In this document: piece after piece, positions 52,070-64,000 of the stretch | How positions within the stretch are numbered: position 1 is the stretch's first letter | Layout: each line of letters begins with the position of its first letter | Assembly: GCF_036321535.1 (NCBI RefSeq) | Contig: NC_087436.1 | Location: 106,890,001-106,954,000 of the forward strand | Source: Camelus dromedarius | Taxonomy: Eukaryota | Length of the DNA: 64,000 nucleotides | Direction of reading: 5' to 3' | Position numbers and translations under genes: made by a program | Notes under the pieces: model-generated | What the model was told of the DNA's origin: nothing | The model's input: only the letters and a program-made list of their open reading frames with translations | The model's database searches: none

Positions 52070-54329
52070 TGTTAATGTGGTTTGTCACACTGACTGATTT
52101 GCAGATATTGAATGTGGTGAAAAGAGAACCCTTGTACACAGTTGGTAGGGATGTAAATTGCACAGTGCAGTCACGGTGGAAAATAGTATGGAGGTTTCTC
52201 GAAAAACTAAAAATAGAACCACCATATGCCCCAGCAATTCCTTTCCCGGGTATATATTCAAAAAACAAAACGAAAACAAAAATTCAAAATGATACAGGCA
52301 CCTCAATGTTCATAGCAGCATTATTTACAATTGTCAAAATATGGAAGCAACCAAAGTGTCCATAAACAGAAGAATGGATAAAGAAGATGTGGTAAATATA
52401 TACAATGGAATACTTCTCAACCATTAGAAAGAATGAAATTTTGCCATTTGCAGGAGCATGGATGGACCTGGAGGGCATTATGCTGAGTGAAATAAGTCAG
52501 AAAAAGCCAAATACTGTGTGAAATCATTTATATGTGGAATCTAAAAAATATAACAAGCTAGTGAATATAACAAAAGAGAAGCAGACTCAGAGAGAGCAAA
52601 CTACTGGTTACCAGTGGGGACAGGGAGAGGGCCCATATAAGGGTAGGAGAGTGGAAGGTGCAAACTATTGGGTGTAAGGTGGGCTACAAAGATGTATTAT
52701 ACAACGTGTGGAACATAGCCAGTATTTTATAATAACTGTAAATGGAGTGTAACCTTTAAAAATTGCATAAAAATGAAATGAATAATGCTTAAAAATTGCA
52801 ACAACAACAAAATTTTCGTATTTACCCCAGTCCCCTAGAGCTATATTAAAACCCTTCAAGAAGCATGAGAAAGTATGACCAACCTAAAAGAAAATACATG
52901 GAACCTGGGTCTAAAATGGCACTGGGCCCCATTCTGCCATTATGGCCTTAGGAATATTCCTTCATCTTCCTAAACTGCAGGTTCCTCATCTTTGATATGA
53001 GATTCTAGCCTAGATAACATCTAATTAAGGCACATATATTTCTAGAAACTACAATGAATAAATGTATTCTGAAATATTTAGGTCCTTGGATAGAACAGTT
53101 CACATTTGGAGTCATGTTAAAAAAATCAGGACTAATGGCTCCTATAGCTTCTAAAATTCTCAAATGCCTTAAAATTTGATAATTCTATATAATCCTTTTA
53201 ACTCATCTAGTCTCCCAACATTTAAGATTATAAAGAATGGGTATGTTGAATTCCAAATTCTAATAAGAAAACACTGACTATGAAAGATGATAGTCGAGAA
53301 TTAATCTCCCAGAAACTAATGAGCAAGTGAAAGCAAAGATAATAATAAGAGTCTACCTCACATGGACTACCATGGTGATTTTTACAATCCCACAAAATGC
53401 TTCCTACTGACAGACATCATATTAAATGTAATATTAAACAAATTATTGCCAGGATTTCCAACCAGATGGTCAGCAAACACAAGCTCCTTGCTGAGCAGTT
53501 CTTTAGGGGGTGCCAAAGCAGTTGTGTGGTTCTCGTGATCTTTCTGGATGTTAGCCATGTTGTGCCCCGTGTGACTTGTGTCCTGGGGACAAACACTGGC
53601 CACAAATGGTCAAAGCACAGTCATTGAGCTGCAACACCTCATGACCAGGAAATGCATCTTGAGCTTATGGACAGAAGTGAATGCATATAATTGTCCAAAG
53701 TCAATAATGAAATGCTACCTTTTTACTTAGATTGCTAAATGATTTAATGGAATGCTTTTTGGATACCATGTTATCCAGATATACTTCTGCAGAAATCTAG
53801 AAGAATGGACCATTTCATATTCACCAAAGGTTGTGAAACCCAAATATTCTACTTGTACTCTTTATAATTAGAAAGATATTTGCGTTTTTTTGCTTGACAT
53901 GGGAGGGAATAGACCCAGACTTTTAAGAATCTTAATCTTAGATCATTTAATAGTTTCACTTCTTTTATTTTACTACATTCCTTTCAGATGGCTTTGTGCT
54001 ATGTACCTCATTGTGAGTCAGGTCTGTAAAGTTTAGGTTTTTAATATTTGTAACTCCTTGGACCATTGTTTTATGACAGTTGACAAGTCATTAGTTTTCC
54101 TGAGACCTTATAACATGAATTGAGAAAACCAGAGGGCTTCTGGAGTCCTTTAGCCCTGACATCTGTGGTTCACACACAAAATAAATGGGAGTGATTTCAA
54201 CTTTTCACAACTTGTTGAGATGGCATATCATTTGTTACAGTACTTGAAGATTCTTCAAGCTTCTGAGCTATTGAGAGGTAGGAAGGTGAAGAAAAGGAGG
54301 GTTGTATGCATTATTTTTTCTGCAGTATT

Positions 54330-54890
54330 TAAATGAAATTAATCATGTTTATTTCTGATTGCAAATGTAATCAAACTTCATCGTGGAAACATTGAAAATT
54401 ATAGAGTATTATAATAATAAAAAAAACTATCAACAACTACCAAAACAGAAATAAACACAGGTGAAATTTCTGAAATAGAGTTCTCCAGGCTTTTTTCTAT
54501 TCCATTTCACAAACATATATCTTTAACATACTCATTTTCATCTTTAACAAAATTGAGATATCTTCTTACTGCTTGTAATCTGATGTTATTATTTGAAATT
54601 CATGGTGAACATATTCTATGCCATTAAATATTTTTCAGCAATATGAATTTAAATAGGTATACCTTATGCCTTCATATGGATAAACAGTGATTTATACATA
54701 TAATCATTTTTTATTGTGAAGTTAGTTTGTTCTCAACTTTTACTACTTAAATAATGTTGAAATAAACATTCTGATAGACAAATAATTCTGCAAATGTCTT
54801 ATTATTTTTATGTAAATTTCCAAAAGTAAAATTACCAAGTCCAGTTCCAAAATTGATTTTGAGGACTTCAATACATAAATATATTGGAAT
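54330..54890 (-). mobile_element. L1ME-type 3' UTR
   Basis: aaacattgaaaattatagag...catggtgaacatattctatgcc...ttagtttgttctcaacttttact...aaatttccaaaagtaaaattac. Confidence 0.6.
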
Positions 54891-56488
54891 ATTCTTGAAC
54901 TATATTTAATATTAGAATGACATAATAAGGAACTTCTAGTGTGCAGAGCATTATGGAGACCACAAAAAAGCTCTAACTCCCGTCTTCAGATGGGAAAAAC
55001 TGCTCCAGAGTAAATATAATTTTCTCAGCCAGTTACTGTTAGAATATGAAATTAGATTCGTAGTATAAATCCCAATTTAGTGTCCTTATTGTTCAAAAAC
55101 AATGCTTATCTTCTTCCCCAGACAAATAAATCTCTCTCTATTATTATATATGTAATGATAAATTGGAGAAGTCCACAAGAAGCCTAAGTGTTGGCTCCAT
55201 CTCTCCAAGGAGCGCACAGTATGGAGGAAGTCAGTATGCTGTAGCTATCTGTGTACCAGCATGGGACTGAAACAGACCCAGACTCAGCGCTCCCCGCACG
55301 CTCTCTGAAGATAGAGCTACTGGAGTGAGACAGTCCTTTCCTCCCCCTGAAGCTATCTTATCACTTTCCGCTCTTGATCCCCTGTGGATGCCGGGGAATT
55401 GTTAGCATAAACCCTCCCATAAACAACTCAGTCAGCTGAAGTGGCAAAATTAAGCTTCTTAATTTAGCACTTTGATTTGAAAGCCTTCTTTCTCAGTTCC
55501 AAGCCAGGTATTTATAAAAGTTTGTACTTATCTGACAGAGTCCAGCCTCTTCCAAATAACTTTTCCCTCCCTCTGGGATGCACTTACTCAGTAGCTTGAC
55601 TTGTGGAGCAAGGAAGAAGAGCATCCTAGGGAGGAAGGGCTTCGGGAGTTGGAGAGATGAAGAAACTTCAAGTGGGAGCACCCTGATTTTACTGAACTCA
55701 ACATCAAAAAGCAATTGCCATCCAAGGGAGGTCACTACAGCCATCAATGCCTCGTTCGTTGAATACCCGCTAAGGTATGTCTGGCACTGTTGGAGGCCAA
55801 AGTGGTCTAAATCTGAAATTCACAAATGCCAGTCACTCACAGCCTCCATGTGAATCAGAGTCGAGGAAATTAGAACTAAAAGAGACATTGGAGATAATCT
55901 ATTCTAGTCTTTCAAAAGTGCCAGAATATTAGGCAATTAACTGTATAAATTCTGCATCTTCCAATTGCAGCAAACTAAGAAATATTCAATACAACATGCC
56001 AAGGTCTTGCTATACCCTGAATGCCTTTTCAATTACTAAAGAAAGTAAATCATTTTTAATACTTGTGTGTTGAGTGTTTCAGTGTATTTAGAAGTCTAAA
56101 TCATTTTGATATTGCCTGAATCTTTCTGATATTTTATAAATATTGTATAACACAAACACGATTTTTCTCTCTCTTTTTTTTTTTTTTAGCTTTAGTTTCT
56201 TGGAAGCTGAGACATGAATGTGAAATTCAATTAACATCTAACACAGACTTAATGATCTATATATATTTTTTATTTTTACATGTTCTTAATTTTCTCCTTT
56301 TATTTGATTTGTATTGTAATTGGCTTGAACTTCTTTATGAAATAAGTAAAATGTATACCAAATTAAGTTAAACATCTGGCATTGAGTTCAGTGTAAAATG
56401 TTGTTACTTCAGCATTACCCAAAACCTTGATAACTGATTGTAGGGTGGGATGGGAAGTTGAATGGATTCCTATGTTTGAAATGTCTTT

Positions 56489-56491
<3 letters not shown>

Positions 56492-56536
<45 letters not shown>
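56492..56536. repeat. (TA)n microsatellite
   Basis: Direct observation; about 22 units. Confidence 0.95.
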
Positions 56537-56540
<4 letters not shown>

Positions 56541-57049
56541 CTTTTAAAAGTTCAAAGCATATATATATATATTCACTTTTAAAAGTTCAAAGCAAACAAA
56601 CAAAAAAGTTTAGATAGTATATCTAAGGCATCACTCTATTCATCAGGATGCTTAGATTAACCATTTCACACCTACACTTGGATAAGTAAATATTTCTGTA
56701 CAACAAGGTGAATCTGCTATTATTGTCACTGTCAGCCTTTGGGTCCAATCATTTTGCTGAATTCATAGCAAAATGGAAAAAAAACATATATCAAAGTGGT
56801 CAAATATATGAATGTGCTTTTTAAATCTACAAAGTGCTCTTACAATATGAGATTAGTACTTTGAACAAAATCAGTATAAAGGACAGCATGTCTAACTATA
56901 ATTATTTATCTTACTTGTTGCTCATTTATCAAGTTCAACATATATGGATCAATGATAATAATGAGCTGTGAAGGTAATACTGTTTCACTTATAGCAGGAT
57001 GCATATTAAAAAAGATCAGAGTGAAGCTTACCCAGGGGATCACACTGAC

Positions 57050-57243
57050 ACAGCATGGAGTCAGAGAAAGCCCTAGGAACCGGAAGCTGAGGAATAGGAG
57101 TTACCATTCCAGCTCTGTCTTTTCATGTTTGACCTGGAGCAAGTCACTTCCTTGTGTGAGACTTTCTTCATTTGCTCTGTGAACTAAGGGCACTGTAGAA
57201 GGTGGTGACCTTGATGCCAGTGCTCTGGGGCTTGAGGATTCTA
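57050..57243 (+). mobile_element. MIR/MIR3 fragment
   Basis: cagcatggagtcagagaaagccc...ccagctctg...tgacctggagcaagtcacttcc. Confidence 0.55.
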
Positions 57244-59363
57244 CCAGTTCTTACCAATTGGGGGGAAAAAACAAGGATCTCCTTCTGAAATTTAGAAATG
57301 AACAGTAGGAGGACCATGAATTTCACAGAAGTGAAGAACACAAATTTGATTAAAGACATGATGCAACTTTGAAGGCAAAGTAACGATGTCTCTGCCAATT
57401 GCTTAGTGACAAGCTCCATGGTGGCCGTGCAGGCCCCAGAAGACAGACTACATTTGCAGTCAGCATGGAACAGACTGCAGGTCAGAAATGAGCCCCTACA
57501 GGCACATTTGAATGATTGGATATTAGCCTTGTCAGATGTGCCCATGGTCAGTACCGGGAACCAGTGGATAGACATATGCTGGCCATCGTTCCCATCCATT
57601 AATATTCTACACATTCATGAAGAAGGTCTGTGGCTCAAGAATGTAGAAGTCAGTTACTGGATGTGCTCAGATTTTGCTAGACAATTTTGCTGTTCACATG
57701 CAAACTTCTACTACTTTAATGTTAAAAGATACCTATGGTCTTCCCCTATGCTTGCCTCTTTTTACTTCTCAGAGAGCAACTTAAAGTTTTTTCTTTGGAC
57801 TCAGTTCTGAAATTCTTGCTAATTGATTTCGGTGTTCTGGTTTGTGTCCTTGGTTTTGATAACAAAGAGAAGTTCTATTCTCTTTGAAGTAAGTCTGTTC
57901 AAAAGGGATTCCTAATTATCTACTCTTAGCTGGAAATCTCTATCTTTCTATACCTCCTGACCAGCACAAATTTATATGTAAAAACTCCTGATGTGACTTT
58001 AACAGACTTATTCTGTTCTCAAACCAACACATACACAAACTTGGGAATGAAGAAAGAAAGCTGAAAGTTACAATAAAATATGAATGAATGCAATTTTATA
58101 AGAAAGAATTAATTAGTAAAATCAACTAATTTTCCAAAATTACAGAATTGTAGATCTCATGGGAACTTAAGAATCACCTTCTCCAAATTTTTCATTTAAT
58201 AAATGAAAAACCTGGGTGCTCAGGATGATAAGATGACCAACTCATAGTCAACCAGCTGCTTAGTTATAGAACCAGAATTAGAATTCAGATCTCTATATCT
58301 TATTCATTCCATCTGGAATTACAAAGTCACAAGGTTAAGTCTCTGTCTTTATTTATGTAATGAATATCTTTTTTAAAATACTCTTGGGGAAAATTCATAA
58401 AAGTTATTCTTTTTTTTGAGGGGGGGGGATATGTTATGCTACTTCGTATTAATTTGAGGGAAGTGGACTTTAAAAATGAAGTGCCAGGGTGTTCCTTAAA
58501 GAATATACTTTTTCCCCTTGGAATTATATAATGAGGAATTTACATAATTAAAACTTCTCGGGCAGGTATCATAAAAAGCTCTCTGCTGCTTAAAACCATA
58601 AACCACGACCCTGAACGTATTCCTCCCTGGAGAGTTCCAAAGGGCTATTAAGAAGCATGGGGGAGAGAGAGGCCCTAAGACTGGATAATAACAGGACCCA
58701 GAATAATAAGGAGAGGCATCACAAAATGAATTGTCTAATAAAGTGATGGATATTGGCTAAGGGTAAGATGCCTAGTCATCTCACAGATTTGTTGCAACTT
58801 ATTCCAGAGATTGGGAGCAGAGAATGTGGTTGGACCAGCATAAATCCATCATCACAGATGGAAACTAACTTCAGATTACCACCCAACAAAATGCAATGTG
58901 TGATCATTACATATATCTCCCAGACTCATGTACATATACACATAACACAATGAACTATGCAGACTAATGTATACTGAGTGTTTAAAAATGATAGAGGGAG
59001 TAAAGAAAGGCAAGAAAAGGAGGGGAATAAAGCAAACAATAAATGTTCTAGGGGCCAGGCTACTTGTGTATAATTACCTTTCAATTTCTCAAGAAGCAGA
59101 TGAAGCAAATAATACTATTCCCACTTTGCCAGTAAAGGGTTGATATTCAGGAAGGTTAAATCACCCACCCGAGGTCATAAAATCTAGTAAGTGATAGAGT
59201 CAGAATTCAAATCTATGTATATCGACTTGAAGAGGAGAGAGAAATTCCTGTGAACTGAGATAGTCAAGAAAAGCTTAATGCAGTTTGACCATGGGCTAGT
59301 AGAAGAAATATTAAGAGAAGACATTTGGAAGAATTAAACATGAAACTAAGTACGGAAAAATGT

Positions 59364-59399
<36 letters not shown>
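59364..59399. repeat. (GA)n microsatellite
   Basis: Direct observation. Confidence 0.9.
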
Positions 59400-59556
59400 A
59401 TTTCCTGAAAAACTAAGCCACTGCTTAAAATTAAATTTGTAATAGATAGCTCAAGCCCCCACCCCAATTAGCTTTCCATCTAAAAAAGTGTTCCTTTGCC
59501 CTAAGAAAAGTGTAGATAATGAAAACTTAGTAATTTCTAATGCCCTGTTAAGAAAA

Positions 59557-60137
59557 TGTTATGGGTGGAAGAGAACTAACCCTAAGGTGACCTTGTGAGT
59601 CCCACCTCCTGAAATTCATGTCTTTGTGTAATCTCCCTTGAGCATAGGTGGGACCTATGACTTGCTTCTAACCAGAAAAATATGGCAAAGATGTTAAGCT
59701 GTCACTTCCGTATTATGTTATATAACACTTAATCTTGCTAGCCAAACAGATTTTGCTCTCCTGCTGACCTTCAAGAATCAAGCTGCCATGTTGTAAACTG
59801 CCTATGGAGAGGACTGGATGGCAGAGAACTGTGGATAGCCTCTTAGAGCTGGTGACCTCCAGCCAATAGCCAGCGATAAAACCAAAGTGCAAGCCCTTCA
59901 GTGCAAGGAAGTGAATTCTGCCAATAACATAAGTGAACATGGAAGTGGATTTTTCTCCAGTTGAGCCTACAGATGAGGAGACAGCTTATTGGCATTTTGA
60001 TTGCTGCCTAGTAAGATCCTGAAGCAGAAAATCTGGCTAAGTCATGCCTAAACTCTTGACCTACAGAAACAATGAGATAATAATTATTGTTATCTTAAGC
60101 CACTAAGCTTTTGGAAAATTTTCATGCATGAGTAACT
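59557..60137 (+). mobile_element. MLT1 (MLT1E/F-like) LTR
   Basis: ggtgggacctatgacttgcttctaacca...agctgccatgttgt...gaattctgccaataac...tgacctacagaaacaatgagataata...ttaagccactaag. Confidence 0.8.
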
Positions 60138-60544
60138 TGCTTTACCGTGCTGGAAACTTTTCCATGCTGGGAACTCACAAAGAGCTTTAGTTATTAAGGA
60201 ATCTCCGATCTGGTGCTATTTGTTGATTCTAGTTAAATTTCTAACAGTGATGACTCTTAATGGCATAAATTGGTTAGCAGTTTGCTCAGCTGTTTCTAAA
60301 ACATGTGACTCTCATTGGAGACAGCTTCCGGAAACTATTCCTCTCAGTAGCATATGTGGATTATAAGGCCTGCTATGTTTCTTTTGCCTTCAAATACCTC
60401 CTGGTACCTGCAGCCATGACCCTTTTACCACCTCCATTAGGGTACAGGTTATATCAGGGTCTCTGACTAACCAGGTTGATCATATAATTTATTTTCCAAA
60501 CTGGTACACCCTCAAGAGCAAAAGGAGCACTATTAAGAATTAAA

Positions 60545-61310
60545 CTGGCCTCACAGCTGTTAGGATGTCTATTTTCAAAGAGACAGAAGACAACAAATGT
60601 TGACAAGAATGTGGAGAAAAGGGAACCCTTGGACACTGTTGGTGGAGATGTATACTGGTACAACCACTGTGAAAACAGTATGGCGGTTCCACATGAAATT
60701 AAAAATAGAACTATCATATGATCCGTCAATCCTACTTCAGAATATACACCCAAACAAAATAATTATCTCAAAGAATTATCTCTAATCCATGTTCACTGAG
60801 GCATTCATTATTCACAATTTCACAATAGCCAAGGTATTGAAACAACCTGAGTGTCTATCAATGGATGGGGAAAGAAAAACTAAATATATATAGTGTAACA
60901 TTATTGCGTCTTAAAAAAGAAGGAAACACTGCCATTTGTGGCAACATGAATGAACCCATAGGGTAATAATGCCCTAAGTGAAATAAGCCAGACAGAGAAA
61001 GACAAATACTGCATCGTTTCACTTATGTGTGGAATCTAAAAAATAAAAAAAAAAAAGTAAAATTTACAGAAACAGAGAACAGAAAAGTAGAAAAGTGGTT
61101 GCCAAGGAAGGCCTGGGGGACTGAGGAAAGAATAAGGATAGGCTGGTGAAAGGAGACAAACTTTCAGTTATATGATGAATAAAGCCTGAGAATATAATAT
61201 ATAACACGGTGCCTATTGTTGATAACACTGCATCTTATAATTGACATTTGCTAAAAGAGTAGAATTTAAATGTTCTCACCAAAGAGAGAGAGAGGGAGAG
61301 AAAGAAAAAG
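60545..61310 (+). mobile_element. L1MA-type ORF2 end and 3' UTR
   Basis: aatgtggagaaaagggaacccttggacactgttggtgg; taagtgaaataagccagacagagaaagacaaatactgcat; tttgctaaaagagtagaatttaaatgttctcacc. Confidence 0.85.
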
Positions 61311-61369
61311 AATTAAACAGGAACTTTGAACATAAACCTGGATTGTCCCAGACAAGACCAGTGTGCATG

Positions 61370-62040
61370 GTCATCCTACTAACTAGAATGGCTAAAATAA
61401 AGAGATTTACAGTACCAAATACTGCTGAGGATTTGGAGCAACTGGAATGCTCATACATAAATGGTAGGAATGCAAAATGGTAAAGATGCTTTGGGGACAA
61501 TTTTGACCATCTCTTATATGTTAAATATACATTTCTCATACTACCCAGCACTGCCACTTCCAAGAGAAATGAAAGTACATGTCTACACAATGACTTGTGC
61601 ACCGAAATTCATAGCAGCTTTATTCACAATAGTGAAAAACTAGAAACAATCCAAATTCTATCAATTAGACAAAAGATTGGCAAATTATGATATAATCAAA
61701 CAATGGAATATTACTGAGCAATCAAAAGGAACAAACTACTGATATAAACAACATTGTGGACTTAATTCGGAGCAAAAAAAATCAGATTCAACAGACTTAA
61801 TTTATCTGAAGTTCAAGAATAGGAAAAACTAAGATAAAGAAAAATATATATGAGAACAGGGGTTGTCCATGTGTTAGGGCCACGGGGAACTGTTTTCAAG
61901 GAGACATGAGAATACATTCTGAAAAGATGGAAATATTTTACATTGTGAGAGGGTGTTGATTAAACAGATGTATTACCTTGGTAAAATTGCTTAGTATTTA
62001 TGCATTTTAATGCTTGTATATTTCACATGGTTTAAAAAAA
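61370..62040 (+). mobile_element. L1ME/L1MD-type 3' end
   Basis: tagaatggctaaaat...gaggatttggagcaactggaatgctcatac...caagagaaatgaaagtacatgtctacac. Confidence 0.75.
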
Positions 62041-62489
62041 AGAACTATAAAAAAAGAGCAATCTAAAAGATATCTTGTTTTGAATAGGGTTAATTTTAAA
62101 ACCACCTGATGATTTTGCTTTATATTAATAGATTTTTAGCATCTCAAATAAGGGAGATGACAAAATAAGGGAGGCTTCAAATTACTGCATGTAATTAGAA
62201 CCACCTCTAAGGTATTATTTTGGCCACCATGAGGGACATTGACCAAATCAAGTATTTCCAGATGAGGGAAATCTGAATGACCAAGAAGCTGAGAATCATG
62301 TCTTCCATAAAATCCTGGAAGGAACTGTATTTATTTTTCTAGGAAACAATCAGTAGAACTAGACTAGCTGTCTTATGATATTTGAAAATGTGGTTATGGA
62401 AATAAGGACATCCTGTGATGCCCCAATGGGATAGGACCAACAGATAGGATAAAACTGGATACATATAAAGTGGGTGTTTGAGATACAGC

Positions 62490-62647
62490 AATACTGCAGA
62501 GACAGAATTAGTGTGGTTAAGTAGTAAGTTCTCCATCAATGGGAGTATCAAGTAGAGGCTTCAGCTACATTTTGTTCTGGGTGTTTCACAAAGAATTGCT
62601 GCATTGGAGGGAGGTCTTCTCTGTTTCTAGGATATCACGATTCTGTG
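62490..62647 (+). mobile_element. L3/CR1 3' end
   Basis: gtagtaagttctccatcaatgggagtatcaagtagaggct...ctgcattggagggagg...gattctgtg. Confidence 0.6.
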
Positions 62648-64000
62648 TTGTTAAAGCTTGAAATCTTAGATTTCATGGGTTTCAAATCTTGATGGGACTC
62701 AAATGTGATATATGATGCACATTAATCAGTATCACTAGAATAAAAGAGTACTGTTTTATTAAAATTTTCATGGCAGTGGCTTTCACTAAAAATATAAAGT
62801 GTGTCTTTAAGACAACCTAAATCTCCTGGTCCATGCAGCCATATAGTCTCCATATAACTGCAGATAATTTATCTTAGCCCTTGAAATAACAATCAGATTC
62901 ATTGGATCCTGAGTAATCTTGTACTCACACTTTCAATTTTTGTTTGTTGTTGTTCTTGTTGTTTTGACAAAATGAAAAACAAAAACAAAGCTGAAGGGTT
63001 TCTGAAATGTGTTTATCCCAAAAGAGCAATGGACATACCGTAAATTTTCCAGCCCTGGAAGATTTTCAGAGGCAGTGTTACATGAGTCCAATGTAGAATT
63101 ATTTTTACAGCAGAGCCAAGTTTAAGTTTCAAGACATCCATCGGGAGGAAATTACTAGGCCCAGTAAGGCCTCTTCTTACATCAATCTCTTTCTAATAAA
63201 GAACAATATTGTAATATACATTGTACTTAATACAAAATTGTATTTTTAAGCATATTGTAAACAGATCTGATTGATGCACACCTTCTACAGTCTTCTACTG
63301 TCTTCTTTCACTTTCCTTCTTTTATTCTTCTTGACATTAACCATGTCATTGTGATTGTTAGACACTCCTTAAGCAGAAGGGCAGAGGCTAAAGAAAAGAA
63401 CAGGTGTGAAAATGAGTTCAGTGTTGCCCTCATAAAACTTTAGTGAAGACATTTGAAATTACTGGTTGGCGATTTTGTATCTCTAAGCAGACTTTTCTCC
63501 ATCAGCAGGTATAATTGAGAGTTATCTGTGTCTGAGTTCCACGATCTACTTTAGAAATTGTAATGTTTCTTTCCACTTGTATATTCCAAACAAATTGCAG
63601 GAAAATATTTTAAGCTATTTCCTGTGAGTGTAAATTTTTCTTTAGATTTCAATTAAAATGCAGTATCTTTAGCTTTGTATATTTGCCTTAAACAGTTGAT
63701 ATATTTGAACTTAGAATATTACCTCAATATAACCACTCATTCAGGAAGAAAAAATAGAAAGAGGAGAAAGAGAAGGAAAAGAACTAGATTTCACCACCAG
63801 CAAGTAGATCTTAGATCTGAAGTAAAGAAAAACTTTTGGGGTGACAAATAGTGGGTAATTTGGGAAGGAAACCTAGGCAAAGAAGTAAAGGAGTTTCTTC
63901 CAAGTCTTATTTAAATCCAGGGCACATTCGTCTGTAATGGGATGTGTTTTTCCTGTGGCCTTACTGGAAGGCAAGGTAAGCTTGATGAAATTGCAGCTCC

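Larger units (their letters stand above)
50562..52808 (+). mobile_element. 5'-inverted (twin-primed) L1: ORF2 antisense at 50562-52112, sense 3' end at 52111-52808
   Basis: Minus ORF 51094-51363 FVDDMILYTEKPK...INTFYKVAGYKINMQKS (RT FADD region); sense VVKREPLYTVG...; TSD aaaagttttca / aaaattttcg at a TT|AAAA site. Confidence 0.88.

Noticed and set aside
51942..52478. Overlapping 108-aa and 132-aa ORFs
   Set aside because: Chimeric read-through of a SINE, the inversion junction and the L1 ORF2 C-terminus
57168..57810. Antiparallel 148-aa and 134-aa ORFs
   Set aside because: No recognisable domain or exon boundaries; lengths are compatible with chance in 64 kb
1..64000. CRISPR array, operon or other prokaryote-type system
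   Set aside because: No repeat-spacer periodicity or gene-dense organisation; the sequence is mammalian and dominated by repeats

Overview
Mammalian, AT-rich, CpG-poor genomic DNA that reads as intronic or intergenic. Three Vic-1-type tRNA-derived SINEs suggest a camelid (inference). Roughly half of the window is recognisable transposable-element debris: old and young L1s, L2, MIR, L3/CR1, MLT1 LTRs, an ERVL-internal fragment, a young ERV1-type solo LTR, and Tigger/MER2/MER5A/MER102 DNA elements. No intact protein-coding gene, true tRNA/rRNA gene or CRISPR array can be supported, and the ORF track is mostly chance ORFs or L1 remnants. The best-supported structures are a twin-primed (5'-inverted) L1 with two later nested insertions (50.5-52.8 kb), a three-layer L1 nest (9.7-16.6 kb), a SINE with extra 3' sequence inside a 19-bp TSD, and a solo LTR with a 4-bp TSD. 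The most interesting unique sequence is 18.8-26.7 kb, which holds a CpG cluster with plus-strand splice donors, a candidate exon encoding MDPATAHTRRAPPSPD, and a repeat-free block ending in ATG-MPCPCPCYT at a perfect donor. These may be alternative 5' exons of an unidentified plus-strand gene, which is a hypothesis only. I found no evidence for a wholly new biological system. Repeat family names come from remembered consensus sequences, not a search, and old-repeat boundaries are approximate.
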